DNA from: a virus | Length of the DNA stretch: 52,993 nt | UHGV virus genome: UHGV-1368966 | Strand: one strand, 5' to 3' | Shown here: positions 1 to 8,469 of the stretch, piece by piece | Position numbering within the stretch: position 1 is the stretch's first letter | Layout: the number at the start of each line of letters is the position of its first letter | Program-made: the position numbers and the translations under genes | Notes under the pieces: model-generated | Told to the model about the DNA's origin: nothing | The model's database searches: none | What the model saw: only the letters and a program-made list of their open reading frames with translations

Positions 1-357
1 TGGGATGCCAACCTGCAGGATGCCGACCTGCGGGGTGCCAACCTGTGGGGTGCCGACCTGCGGGGTGCCAACCTGTGGGGTGCCGCAGGTAAAATTCTAT
101 CCTTTGGTCCTATCGGTTCCCGACAGGGAATTACATATGTGACCAAGACCGAACGGACTGTCCACGTCCGTTGTGGTTGCTTCTACGGTACGCTCGAAGA
201 ATTTGCGGCGAAGGTTGAAGAAGAACACGGTGATTCTCAACATGGGAAATCGTACAAGGCGGCAATCGAGTTCATCAAGGCGCATGATGCCGCTTGTTGG
301 CAAGATGATGTCGAAGAATGCAATGAAGGCCCCGGTTGTTCCGGGGCCTTACTTTAA
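1..357 (+). CDS. Pentapeptide-repeat protein, 3' portion. The 5' portion is at 52904..52993 if the element is circular.
   Basis: Frame 1 is open from nt 1. Translation begins WDANLQDADLRGANLWGADLRGANLWG, an A(D/N)LxX five-residue periodicity, followed by a Cys/His-containing C-terminal domain. Stop at 355-357. A hairpin (ggccccgg-ttgtt-ccggggcc, 328..348) overlaps the 3' end. Confidence 0.7.
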   Translation, partial: WDANLQDADLRGANLWGADLRGANLWGAAGKILSFGPIGSRQGITYVTKTERTVHVRCGCFYGTLEEFAAKVEEEHGDSQHGKSYKAAIEFIKAHDAACWQDDVEECNEGPGCSGALL

Positions 358-370
358 CCGGAGAAAAACA

Positions 371-1207
371 ATGGCACAGACAACCCAAGAACAGGCGGTG
401 CAGGCAGCGAGCTTCCTGGGATGCGACGCAAGCGAACTCGTGAACCCCTTTGACCTTTCCGCTATCGTAAGCAGCAAAGGATTCCAGCCGATGAAGATTG
501 TCCTCTACGGGGTTCCCGGCATCGGAAAGACAACGTTCGCAGGGACGTTCCCTTCTCCCATCCTACTCAGGACGGAAAACGGGGCCGCCGCACTGGACAT
601 CCCCACGTTTCCAAATCTCATCACCAGTCTTCAAGACCTTGACGCTGCAATAGCCGCACTGCGCGGGATTCACCAGTTCAAGACATTGATCATCGACTCT
701 CTCGACTGGATGGAGCCCCTTGTATGGCAGTACGTATGCACCAAGGAAGGAAAGGAAAACATTGAGGATTTTGGATACGGTAAGGGATACGTCAAGGTTG
801 ATGACGTGTGGCGGGCAATTCAAGCCAAGCTCGAAAAGCTTCGTACCTTGCGCGACATGAACATTGTTACCATCGCTCATGCCGTGCCTGTGACCATCGA
901 TCCGCCGGACTCCGATCCGTATCAGCGGTATTCCCTCAAGCTCCACAAGCGTGGTGCGGCACTCTGGATGGAATGGGCTGAAATGATCCTGTTCCTGAAC
1001 TACAAGGCCCGCGTCACAAAGAGGGAAGGAGAAAAGGCAAAGGCCACCGGAAGCGGCGACCGCGTCATCTACACGGCAGAGCGCCCGGCATATCAGGCCA
1101 AAAGCCGCTGGCCTCTGGAACCGGAAATCTTTATCGGAAACGACCCGACATGGGCCGCATTCCATGAACAACTCTCAACCGCCACGGAGGGCGCCTACCA
1201 TGCTTGA
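371..1207 (+). CDS. AAA_24 / Sak4-like phage recombination ATPase.
   Basis: ATG at 371 follows GGAG. Walker A motif GVPGIGKTT lies near the N-terminus. Size and motif spacing are typical of Sak4/AAA_24 proteins. Confidence 0.65.
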   Translation: MAQTTQEQAVQAASFLGCDASELVNPFDLSAIVSSKGFQPMKIVLYGVPGIGKTTFAGTFPSPILLRTENGAAALDIPTFPNLITSLQDLDAAIAALRGIHQFKTLIIDSLDWMEPLVWQYVCTKEGKENIEDFGYGKGYVKVDDVWRAIQAKLEKLRTLRDMNIVTIAHAVPVTIDPPDSDPYQRYSLKLHKRGAALWMEWAEMILFLNYKARVTKREGEKAKATGSGDRVIYTAERPAYQAKSRWPLEPEIFIGNDPTWAAFHEQLSTATEGAYHA

Positions 1208-1841
1208 TCTCAATATGGAATCTGAACAAAAAAACCGCAATTACGGGCCTGTTCCTGCCGGGAGCAAGGTCATGGTTCGCATCAGCGTAGAAACGCCCAA
1301 ATATGGGCTCCAAGATACTCCGTGGGTGGCTCAGGCAAAGTCAGGGCTTCTTGGCCTGTGGTGCAAGTTTACCGTTGTAGGCGGACTTTATGATGGTGTG
1401 GAATGGTACGATAATCTGTGGCTTCCCGCAGGGTATCAGAACATCCGCTTGAACGAGGGGCAAACCACCACCTGCAATCGCTCAGGAGCACAGATACGAG
1501 CCATTATTGAAGCCCATCGGGGAATCAACCCAAAAGCCACTGACGATCGTTCGATACGAGGACGTCAGCTTGCCGAGTGGACGGATATGCAAGATATGGA
1601 ATTTCCCGCAAAACTCGGTATCAGCAAAGAGTTTTACGAAAAGGACGGGAAAAAGTACTGGAACAACTATATCACATCGATCATCACCCCGGACAAAGAA
1701 GAATATGTACAGATCAAATCAGGTAAGGAATTTATCACTGACGGCCCTGTAACCGGAGAAGCGGAAAAGGGGAAGAATCAGACCCCACCGGAAGCCATTA
1801 CCTACGGTCAGCCTTTTCCCTATGATGAACCACCCTTCTAA
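1200..1841 (+). CDS. DUF669-like phage protein, the usual partner of AAA_24.
   Basis: ATG at 1200 overlaps the upstream stop. Placement directly after the Sak4-like gene matches the known DUF669 position. An intrinsic terminator follows at 1849..1878. Confidence 0.4.
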   Translation: MLDLNMESEQKNRNYGPVPAGSKVMVRISVETPKYGLQDTPWVAQAKSGLLGLWCKFTVVGGLYDGVEWYDNLWLPAGYQNIRLNEGQTTTCNRSGAQIRAIIEAHRGINPKATDDRSIRGRQLAEWTDMQDMEFPAKLGISKEFYEKDGKKYWNNYITSIITPDKEEYVQIKSGKEFITDGPVTGEAEKGKNQTPPEAITYGQPFPYDEPPF

Positions 1842-1848
1842 CCACCCC

Positions 1849-1878
1849 GGCCCGGCTCACCACCGGGCCTTTCTTTTG
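1849..1878 (+). terminator. Intrinsic terminator.
   Basis: Stem ggcccgg / ccgggcc followed by tttcttttg. Confidence 0.5.
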
Positions 1879-1888
1879 AGGTAATGCC

Positions 1889-2182
1889 ATGAACAAATCT
1901 GATTTCGTCATAATGGTTCGAGCTTCCGACACCACGGACATCATGACCTCAATCGAGAAGGCCGAATGTGTCGTCAATCAGGTATTGGATACGCTCCAAC
2001 GGGCTATCGTTAAACACGGCTCCCTGAAAATTCAGGGCTTCGGCGTGTTCGAAGTCGTGGACGTGCCCGAACGTCAAGGCCGCAATCCGCGCACCGGAGA
2101 AAGCATCCCCATTCCCGCGCACAAGGCCGTGAAGTTCAGGCCGGGAAAGGAACTGCGGGAGGCGGTGAACTGTGAGCGTTGA
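1889..2182 (+). CDS. HU/IHF-family DNA-binding protein.
   Basis: Contains GFGVFEV...RQGRNPRTGESIPIPAHKAVKFRPGKELREAVN, the HU beta-arm signature. RBS gagg precedes the start. Confidence 0.8.
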   Translation: MNKSDFVIMVRASDTTDIMTSIEKAECVVNQVLDTLQRAIVKHGSLKIQGFGVFEVVDVPERQGRNPRTGESIPIPAHKAVKFRPGKELREAVNCER

Positions 2183-2573
2183 TTTGTACGGGGATTACAC
2201 GGCTGAGGTACTTTCGCTTCCACAGCAATGGCGGGAACAGATGTGGTTAGCCAACGGAGAAACCGGGATCTCTTCAAAAACCATCTACGCGGTTTTGACA
2301 GGAACGGACGAAGATACGGTTTTCAATACTTCTCCTTCATGGTGGCGGCATGACGTTCCCCATGACCCGTCTGATTTCCGGCGCTGTTATCTCCTGCTCA
2401 GGTTTATACCGGAATGGAAACCGCGTTTGCATGAGGTGGCAGAAAGGTTCCCGAAATGGAAACCCTTTGTCGAACATTGGGAGGAACTGACGCGTCTTTA
2501 TGAAGAGGAACGTGAAAACGCTGACGGAAAAGCCCGCAAGCTATTCTCTCGGATGCAAGAGTTGAGGGGATAA
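2172..2573 (+). CDS. Hypothetical protein.
   Basis: GTG start overlaps the HU gene end. Tiled plus-strand ORF of 133 aa. Confidence 0.4.
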   Translation: MSVDLYGDYTAEVLSLPQQWREQMWLANGETGISSKTIYAVLTGTDEDTVFNTSPSWWRHDVPHDPSDFRRCYLLLRFIPEWKPRLHEVAERFPKWKPFVEHWEELTRLYEEERENADGKARKLFSRMQELRG

Positions 2574-2577
2574 CGCC

Positions 2578-2829
2578 ATGCCCGACACCGACGCCCTCCC
2601 CGACATCAGACTAAAATGTCCTGATTTGGCATCAATAATTCCGGGGCGTCGTTTCCTCTACCGAGCAAAGGTAGGCGGCGAACGCCAAACCGTCACCGTT
2701 ACGGCATCCTGCGCCCCGTATCTCCGTGATTTCGGGAAAGGGCGCAAGGCTATGTACGTCACCGTGTACGGCTACGAGGGGAAATGGACGGTCCCGGCAA
2801 GCAAGCTGAGAATTGCTGAGAAAGTATGA
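2578..2829 (+). CDS. Hypothetical protein.
   Basis: ATG at 2578 directly after the upstream stop. Hairpins follow at 2833..2860 and 2963..2990. Confidence 0.45.
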   Translation: MPDTDALPDIRLKCPDLASIIPGRRFLYRAKVGGERQTVTVTASCAPYLRDFGKGRKAMYVTVYGYEGKWTVPASKLRIAEKV

Positions 2830-2962
2830 AAAAGGCCCCGAACCATAAAGGACTCGGGGCCTTGAGCAGAAGAACGTGGCATAGTGCCTCGCTCTCCCCT
2901 AAACGTAGCAATTTAGGATAGAGCTTTCATTAGCTCTTGTCAAAATTGCAGAAGCACCCCAC

Positions 2963-2990
2963 GCCCCGCCTCCCCCGGCGGGGCTTTTCA
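2963..2990 (+). terminator. Intrinsic terminator.
   Basis: Stem gccccgcc / ggcggggc followed by ttttca. Confidence 0.45.
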
Positions 2991-3019
2991 TACCCCAAAC
3001 TCTAACCCAAGGATTCAAC

Positions 3020-3217
3020 ATGACCATCGGAGAACTGATCGAGAAGCTGGAAAACTTTGATCCTGACCAGAATGTCTGCATCACGCTGGATGGAAGCGAG
3101 GGAGCGGGTGTGTTCGACATCGACCCGCAGCCCACCGAATGCAGCTGCGAAGACAGAGAAGGAAAGACGTTCATGGAAACCGTCATCGGCCTCTATCCGG
3201 TTGACGCCAGCGAGTAA
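3020..3217 (+). CDS. Hypothetical small acidic protein.
   Basis: RBS aaggattc precedes ATG 3020. 65 aa. Confidence 0.45.
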   Translation: MTIGELIEKLENFDPDQNVCITLDGSEGAGVFDIDPQPTECSCEDREGKTFMETVIGLYPVDASE

Positions 3218-3263
3218 TCCATCACTCAACCGTGGGCCGCGCATACGAATCACGCGGGATGAT

Positions 3264-3464
3264 ATGCCAAGAATCACAAAAAATAGCGTAAACTGGCAGA
3301 AACATGCGCCGACAAAGAATTGCGCGAATTGCAAGCATGTCGAGCGCATTGAGAAAAAGGGATACTACGGTACATCGTACTTTGACGGTTCCCGCTGTAC
3401 GCTCAATGGCTGGAAGACTGGTGCTTTGGCAATCTGCGATAAATGGACGGAAAAGGCGGAATGA
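3264..3464 (+). CDS. Hypothetical Cys-containing small protein.
   Basis: Internal ATG at 3264 of ORF 3057..3464. Contains CANCKH...C...C. Confidence 0.35.
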   Translation: MPRITKNSVNWQKHAPTKNCANCKHVERIEKKGYYGTSYFDGSRCTLNGWKTGALAICDKWTEKAE

Positions 3465-3747
3465 CAAAATGGGAAAGGCGGCTCACGTGGATGTGGGTCG
3501 CCTTCTTTCTTTGGCTGATCTGGGCAACTGGCCCAGGAAGGGGGTGATGCCAATGCAGAATGAAAAAAGTGCAGAAAAAATCTACCGCGAAGAGGAAAGA
3601 TGGAGGCAGAACATAGAAGCGCAACACCGTGTACTCCGGTCAACTCACGATTGGTTAGGCTCTGCACATCAGTAAATTCCGGGGTGCGCCGCTGATACGC
3701 ATGATTTGGCAGGGGCGCGGCTGCATGAACAACGCGCGGGGTGAAAT

Positions 3748-4095
3748 ATGCTGACGGAACAGGAAAAGAAGTGGCTCACGGTTCGAAAAAAGGCTTGCGC
3801 CCGGTGCGGCAAAGTCCCGTTCCGGTGCAGCCAAGACCAGCGGAACGCCTGCTATAGGGCGGGCTTCCCGCTGTGGGACAAAACGACAGTTACGTTTGAA
3901 TCGTACCGCGACGCCGCCGAGTTCGAGGCACGTGTGGCACGGTGTATCGCTGGGAATGCATCAGAACTAGATATGATATCTAACAACTTGCAGTTCCTTG
4001 ATGGTTTCAAAGCCAAAAGCCTAGCGTGGTACATCCTGCGGGAAGCGCGCATCGCCGTTGAAGAGGAGATGGACAATGAACGAAACCACTCTTGA
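3748..4095 (+). CDS. Hypothetical protein.
   Basis: ATG at 3748. 115 aa. Its stop overlaps the next start. Confidence 0.45.
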   Translation: MLTEQEKKWLTVRKKACARCGKVPFRCSQDQRNACYRAGFPLWDKTTVTFESYRDAAEFEARVARCIAGNASELDMISNNLQFLDGFKAKSLAWYILREARIAVEEEMDNERNHS

Positions 4096-4306
4096 TGAAA
4101 TCATGAAGTGCTCGAAAAAGGCGATTGCGCTGGCATATATGTGCAAAATCAGTGCATCGGTTTATACTCGATGCCCGCTACATGGCGAAGAAACAGAAAA
4201 TTGCCCTATGAAAGAGGTGTGGTGCTCAGACGTTACGCCTCAAGCTTGGGAAGAAGTGTTGAACAACGCGCAGGAGGAGAGAGGATGCCTGAGCCCCAGA
4301 TCGTAA
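4076..4306 (+). CDS. Hypothetical protein.
   Basis: ATG at 4076 (MNETT) overlaps the upstream stop. Confidence 0.4.
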   Translation: MNETTLDEIMKCSKKAIALAYMCKISASVYTRCPLHGEETENCPMKEVWCSDVTPQAWEEVLNNAQEERGCLSPRS

Positions 4307-4566
4307 TCGTGGTCAACTCCCTCACAGAAGCCCACAAGCTCGAACGGGAACTTGTGCGGGATAGACAGAATGCATGTGGCTACAGGCCGCGTCAAAAGGA
4401 TGAGTGTAGGTTTTGCAAGCACGTGGGGCGCTACTCCAGCTACACATACCAAACAACCTACTTTTGCGACTTGCACAATTTTTGTGTTGCTGCACGCGGG
4501 ATATGCAACGACTTTGAAACAAATATACCGGGGGAACGAACCAATGACAGCGCAGGAGTGGCTTGA
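4285..4566 (+). CDS. Hypothetical Cys-rich protein.
   Basis: RBS ggaggagagagg precedes ATG 4285. Confidence 0.4.
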   Translation: MPEPQIVIVVNSLTEAHKLERELVRDRQNACGYRPRQKDECRFCKHVGRYSSYTYQTTYFCDLHNFCVAARGICNDFETNIPGERTNDSAGVA

Positions 4567-4888
4567 CGAACTGGAGCGGCTTAGGAAGGCGGCGACGCCG
4601 GGGCCGTGGAGTAAAAGCGAACAGGGCACGAATGAAACATATCATCATCGTATCGAACGGTACTATGGTGGCAAAGAAGTTCCTGAGCATATTGCCTATG
4701 TCTTCTTGCCAAATGTTTTTGGTAACTTACATAACACCGCCTACATCGTCGCCGCGTGCAACGCCGTGCCAAGGCTGATCGAGATGCTCGTCTTCCTCGC
4801 GTCTCTCGCTTCCGAGGACGACGAATCCGTAGACGCCATAGAGCGGCGCATTCAATGGGCTTACAACGAAACGAGGCCGAAAGAATGA
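4544..4888 (+). CDS. Ead/Ea22-like phage protein.
   Basis: ATG at 4544. Motifs AATPGPW and AYIVAACNAVPRLIEML are typical of Ead/Ea22. Confidence 0.5.
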   Translation: MTAQEWLDELERLRKAATPGPWSKSEQGTNETYHHRIERYYGGKEVPEHIAYVFLPNVFGNLHNTAYIVAACNAVPRLIEMLVFLASLASEDDESVDAIERRIQWAYNETRPKE

Positions 4889-5349
4889 TCACCACCGAAG
4901 AACTCGCCAGCATCCGGGCCGCCGCCATCGGCGACATGCTCGGAGATTCCAAGGCGCTCGACAAACTTGGTCCGGCGGCTACGGTTTTCAGGCTGTGCCG
5001 GGAACTGGAACTAGCTCGGAAACACGCCGTCACCATGTCAGAAGTGGCAGCCGCAGCATGGGATGGGGAAATCCCGTCACCGTTGCCCGGTCATACTCAC
5101 ATGACCGAAGAAGAATTTACCGAAAGATATAACTGCCCTTGGTGTGGCGGTTCTGGTCACATCGACGATTGCGATGAAGCAGACAAACAGGTCAAGGCTC
5201 AACTGGAAGCAGCGGAGCGGAAGGCGTATTTGCTGGAACAGTCCAATCTTTGGATAGCCGCTGTAGCTTTTAACGGAACGGCTAGTGATTACGGAAGTCT
5301 GTATGGTCTTGTAGAAGCCGCTCACGATGCCGTGGAGGAAGGGAGATGA
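4885..5349 (+). CDS. Hypothetical protein with a CxxC...HxxxC zinc motif.
   Basis: ATG at 4885 overlaps the upstream stop. Contains CPWCGGSGHIDDC. Confidence 0.45.
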   Translation: MITTEELASIRAAAIGDMLGDSKALDKLGPAATVFRLCRELELARKHAVTMSEVAAAAWDGEIPSPLPGHTHMTEEEFTERYNCPWCGGSGHIDDCDEADKQVKAQLEAAERKAYLLEQSNLWIAAVAFNGTASDYGSLYGLVEAAHDAVEEGR

Positions 5350-5675
5350 ACGACAATTACATCAAGGCATTATCCGTTCATAACATCGCCAAGATGGTAT
5401 ACGCCATGCAACTGCATTGCGAACCGGGGATGCCGCCGGGAATTCACTTGGGAAGCATTTATGGCGAAATCTTCTCCGTTGCAGATGGTAGTTGGCTTGT
5501 TTGGCATGACCGGACACCGCCTGAATATAGCTTTATGACAGATGAAGAGTTCAGGAATGTTTTCATACCATACAATGAGCTTCCCGAAAAGATGAAGGCG
5601 CTCTGTGATGCACATCCCGGATATGACGAATGGGTAGATATCAAGAATGCGGAGGAATCATGTCCGAAGAACTGA
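5346..5675 (+). CDS. Hypothetical protein.
   Basis: ATGA overlap with the upstream gene. 109 aa. Confidence 0.45.
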   Translation: MNDNYIKALSVHNIAKMVYAMQLHCEPGMPPGIHLGSIYGEIFSVADGSWLVWHDRTPPEYSFMTDEEFRNVFIPYNELPEKMKALCDAHPGYDEWVDIKNAEESCPKN

Positions 5676-6007
5676 CGTTGCTACCGTGCCCACTGTGTCA
5701 AGCAAGAGCACACGTTGAATGCCACAATGGAAAGTTCCGTGTGATATGTAAAGGCGAATCAGGATGTCCATTCAGAATGGGCGGAAAGTGGTTTGTTTTT
5801 CCCGATGAGTGCTATGACTGGTGGAACGCCTTCCCCCGAACACTGGAGTGGACGGACGAGCCGCCGAAGGTGCCGGGGTGGTACTGGTATCGCCACAAGC
5901 CTAGCCGTACAATCGCCATGATCAATGTAGACGTCGAGCCAATAGAATATGAATCCCTTCCCGGACAATGGGCAGGCCCCATCCCCGAACCCCGCGAACC
6001 GAAGTAG
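5660..6007 (+). CDS. Lar-like restriction-alleviation protein with a C-terminal extension.
   Basis: LLPCPLCQARAHVECHNGKFRVICKGESGCPFRMGG...DWWNAFPRT matches the Lar family zinc-ribbon pattern ending in WN.R. RBS gcggagga. Confidence 0.5.
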   Translation: MSEELTLLPCPLCQARAHVECHNGKFRVICKGESGCPFRMGGKWFVFPDECYDWWNAFPRTLEWTDEPPKVPGWYWYRHKPSRTIAMINVDVEPIEYESLPGQWAGPIPEPREPK

Positions 6008-6029
6008 CCCCGAAAGGGGCTTTCCTTTT
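6006..6029 (+). terminator. Intrinsic terminator.
   Basis: Stem agcccc-gaaa-ggggct followed by ttcctttta. Confidence 0.45.
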
Positions 6030-6045
6030 AGAGAGGAGAAGCATC

Positions 6046-6540
6046 ATGCGAAGACCAATCAACCCCGTAATCCCGTACCCGCACGAGGCAATCCAGCACA
6101 CCCGCTGTGTGCTGGCCTTGTCCATGATCACCGTGGCGATTTCTTCCCTCAAGCCGGAAATGCTGGCGCAGCTTGGCGACCTTGGCAGACAAGTCGAGAA
6201 GGTCAACCGCTGGATCGACCGATGTGCGGACGACACGCAGAAGCGCAGGCTCTCCGCAGGCGCGAAGCGAGATCTGGATACCCGGTTCCATATCCTTGCC
6301 GGGCACGTCGGGGATGTTCAGGCCGCTGCCGCCGATGCTTCCCGCTGGACGCAATGGGGCGCCGGGATGTGGGCCGGGCTGACCTTCCTTGAGGACTGCC
6401 GGAACACCTGCCCCGCCTACTTCCGGGGCCTTCACTGGCACAACCTGCTCAAAACGCTGACCACGCTGTGCAATGCGCTCGAAAATGTCGACCCGCAGAT
6501 AGCTGAGATCGGGACGCGGGTGTACGAGCTGGCCGCGTAG
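6046..6540 (+). CDS. Hypothetical protein.
   Basis: RBS gagaggag precedes ATG 6046. 164 aa. Confidence 0.45.
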   Translation: MRRPINPVIPYPHEAIQHTRCVLALSMITVAISSLKPEMLAQLGDLGRQVEKVNRWIDRCADDTQKRRLSAGAKRDLDTRFHILAGHVGDVQAAAADASRWTQWGAGMWAGLTFLEDCRNTCPAYFRGLHWHNLLKTLTTLCNALENVDPQIAEIGTRVYELAA

Positions 6541-6552
6541 GGAGGAAAGAAA

Positions 6553-6852
6553 ATGGAGCCAACACTTTTGACTACAGAACAGGCATCCGAACTCATGGGA
6601 ATGGGGATTACACGTTCACTCAACTTGCTACGCTCCCACGGCGTGCAGCCTGTCGATCTGGGACGTGGACGCGGAAACGGCTTGCGCTGGCATCGTCGGG
6701 CCGTTATGACGGTGATCGACACATTACATGCTGAGGCTCAGGCAAAGGCAGGAGTTCCAAGGCGACGAAGACAGACCAAAACATCAGGGTGCGTCATCGG
6801 AAAATCCGCCAAGGAACTTTTAGCAGAGTTCAATATGGGGGCCGTCCAGTAG
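6553..6852 (+). CDS. xis: Excisionase / AlpA-like HTH DNA-binding protein.
   Basis: LTTEQASELMGMGITRSLNLLRSHG is a helix-turn-helix of the AlpA/Xis type. Sits immediately upstream of the integrase. Confidence 0.55.
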   Translation: MEPTLLTTEQASELMGMGITRSLNLLRSHGVQPVDLGRGRGNGLRWHRRAVMTVIDTLHAEAQAKAGVPRRRRQTKTSGCVIGKSAKELLAEFNMGAVQ

Positions 6853-6890
6853 CAGCTGGAGCGGCCTCCTTTGCTCAGGAGCTATTCAGT

Positions 6891-7985
6891 ATGGCTATCA
6901 GACAGAGGAAAGGCCGTAGAAAGCCGTGGGAAGTGTACTGGAACAACCCGTTCACCCTCAAGCGAGAATCACTTTACGTCGAAACGGAGGAGGAAGCAAA
7001 GAAGCAAGATGCCCTCAAGAAGTATCAGCTTAAGTATGAAAGAGATTCATTCCGTAAGGACGAAGTTTCTGAGACGAATCAGGAACACACATTTGAGTCC
7101 GTATATTATTTATTTCTAAAAGAAAAACACTTTTCGGAAAAGGCATTAAACAGACATTTGGCAAATATGAAACCGGCTATGCCATTCATGTGTGATATAC
7201 CCATTCATGAGATTGATAGTACAAAACTTAAAACCCTCGTCGAGTATTTTCTATCACGCAGAATCAAAACAGCAACTATCAGGCGTTATGTAAGTCCGGT
7301 TATTTCCATAATTAGATGGGCATATCAAAATGAACTCATCAGAGAAATGCCAAGAATCCCAACTTTGCCGCATGTTGAATATGAACATTTTGTACCACCG
7401 ACACAACATGAAATTGCCTTGATATTCGCACACGCCAATGAGCATGTGCGGCGCGTGATCATACTTGGTTCACAAATGGGTATTAGAGTAGGTCCATCAG
7501 AGCTTTTCAGTTTAAAATGGTCCGATGTAGACATTGAAAATAGTGTGATTCATCTACATGCTGCAAAGAAAAATAGAAAAGAACCCATCCGTGATATTCC
7601 GATAAGAAAAACATTGATAGATGAATTGCGGTCGTGGCGTGATGCTGATAAAGAATTAGGAGTCAATCAAGTTATCCATTTCAGAGGAAAGCCCATTAGA
7701 ACCATACATGAGGGTTGGAAAGCCGCTCTCAGGCGTGCTGGAATATCAAGAAAGATACGTCCCTACGATCTAAGACATGCCTTTGCTACCGAAGCTATCG
7801 CCGCAGGTGCAGACATCGGGACGGTTGCAAAGCTCATGGGGCACGCCAGCCTTACAATGGTTTTGAAACACTATCAGCATGTCCTCAACTCTCAAAAAAT
7901 TGCCGCAATTGAGGCTATCCCTGAACCTAAATATGTGGCAGAAAATATGTGGCAACTTAAAGATGGATGTTCAGTTCGTCAATAA
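6891..7985 (+). CDS. int: Tyrosine site-specific integrase.
   Basis: Catalytic-box residues are visible: R...HDLRHAFAT...LMGHASLTMVLKHY, carrying the R, HxxR and Y positions. Start MAIRQRKGRRKPWEV. The gene is clearly more AT-rich than the backbone. Confidence 0.85.
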   Translation: MAIRQRKGRRKPWEVYWNNPFTLKRESLYVETEEEAKKQDALKKYQLKYERDSFRKDEVSETNQEHTFESVYYLFLKEKHFSEKALNRHLANMKPAMPFMCDIPIHEIDSTKLKTLVEYFLSRRIKTATIRRYVSPVISIIRWAYQNELIREMPRIPTLPHVEYEHFVPPTQHEIALIFAHANEHVRRVIILGSQMGIRVGPSELFSLKWSDVDIENSVIHLHAAKKNRKEPIRDIPIRKTLIDELRSWRDADKELGVNQVIHFRGKPIRTIHEGWKAALRRAGISRKIRPYDLRHAFATEAIAAGADIGTVAKLMGHASLTMVLKHYQHVLNSQKIAAIEAIPEPKYVAENMWQLKDGCSVRQ

Positions 7986-8094
7986 CCAATGGTTAACAAA
8001 CAACTTTTACACACTGTTGTTTTAAGCATGATTCCCATGTACAGGGCATTGTTTACATATTAACATATCGAATTTATTATATTAAGCCTCAGCA

Positions 8095-8147
8095 AAATGT
8101 GTCAAAATGTGGCAAAACTACTCTAAATATGTGTCAGAATATGTGTC
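8095..8147. repeat. Four arm-type direct repeats, candidate integrase binding sites in attP.
   Basis: AAATGTGTCA and AAATGTGGCA at 8095..8114, then AATATGTGTCA and AATATGTGTCC at 8126..8147. They lie between the convergent integrase and tail genes. Confidence 0.45.
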
Positions 8148-8193
8148 CAAAAAAATCCCCCTCTCGGTTCGCGCCGGGAGGGGGATTTTTTTG
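8148..8193. terminator. Bidirectional intrinsic terminator.
   Basis: A7-atccccctc-tcggttcgcgccgg-gagggggat-T7. A 9 to 12 bp GC stem flanked by an A-run and a T-run. Confidence 0.6.
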
Positions 8194-8469
8194 TGTCTTC
8201 AATCCGGCTTTTTCGCCACAAATCGGATCTCATCTCGGTGCTCAGGCAGCCACCTGCATTTGTTCAGGCACCACCACGGAGTGATGATGAACCGACCATC
8301 AGCTTTCGCTTTTCTGTCGGGATGAGCCCCCGACACGGCACAGTCCAGAGAACACAGCATCAGGGCTTGGACGCGCTCACCATGTGGGCAACGCAAGTTG
8401 CATGGGTAGCGGCATGGACTTCCTCCTTTTTTCTAAAGAGACTAGCCATGCCTACGATTTTTGCAATGG

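Noticed and set aside
563-1171. A 202-aa minus-strand ORF inside the Sak4-like gene.
   Set aside because: It is antisense to a gene with a clear Walker A motif and RBS. It has no start context of its own.
3469-3675. A 68-aa ORF following 3264..3464.
   Set aside because: Third-position composition becomes AT-rich after about 3550, unlike the surrounding genes. The overlapping ATGA-coupled 28-codon frame is the more likely coding candidate. Kept only as an alternative.
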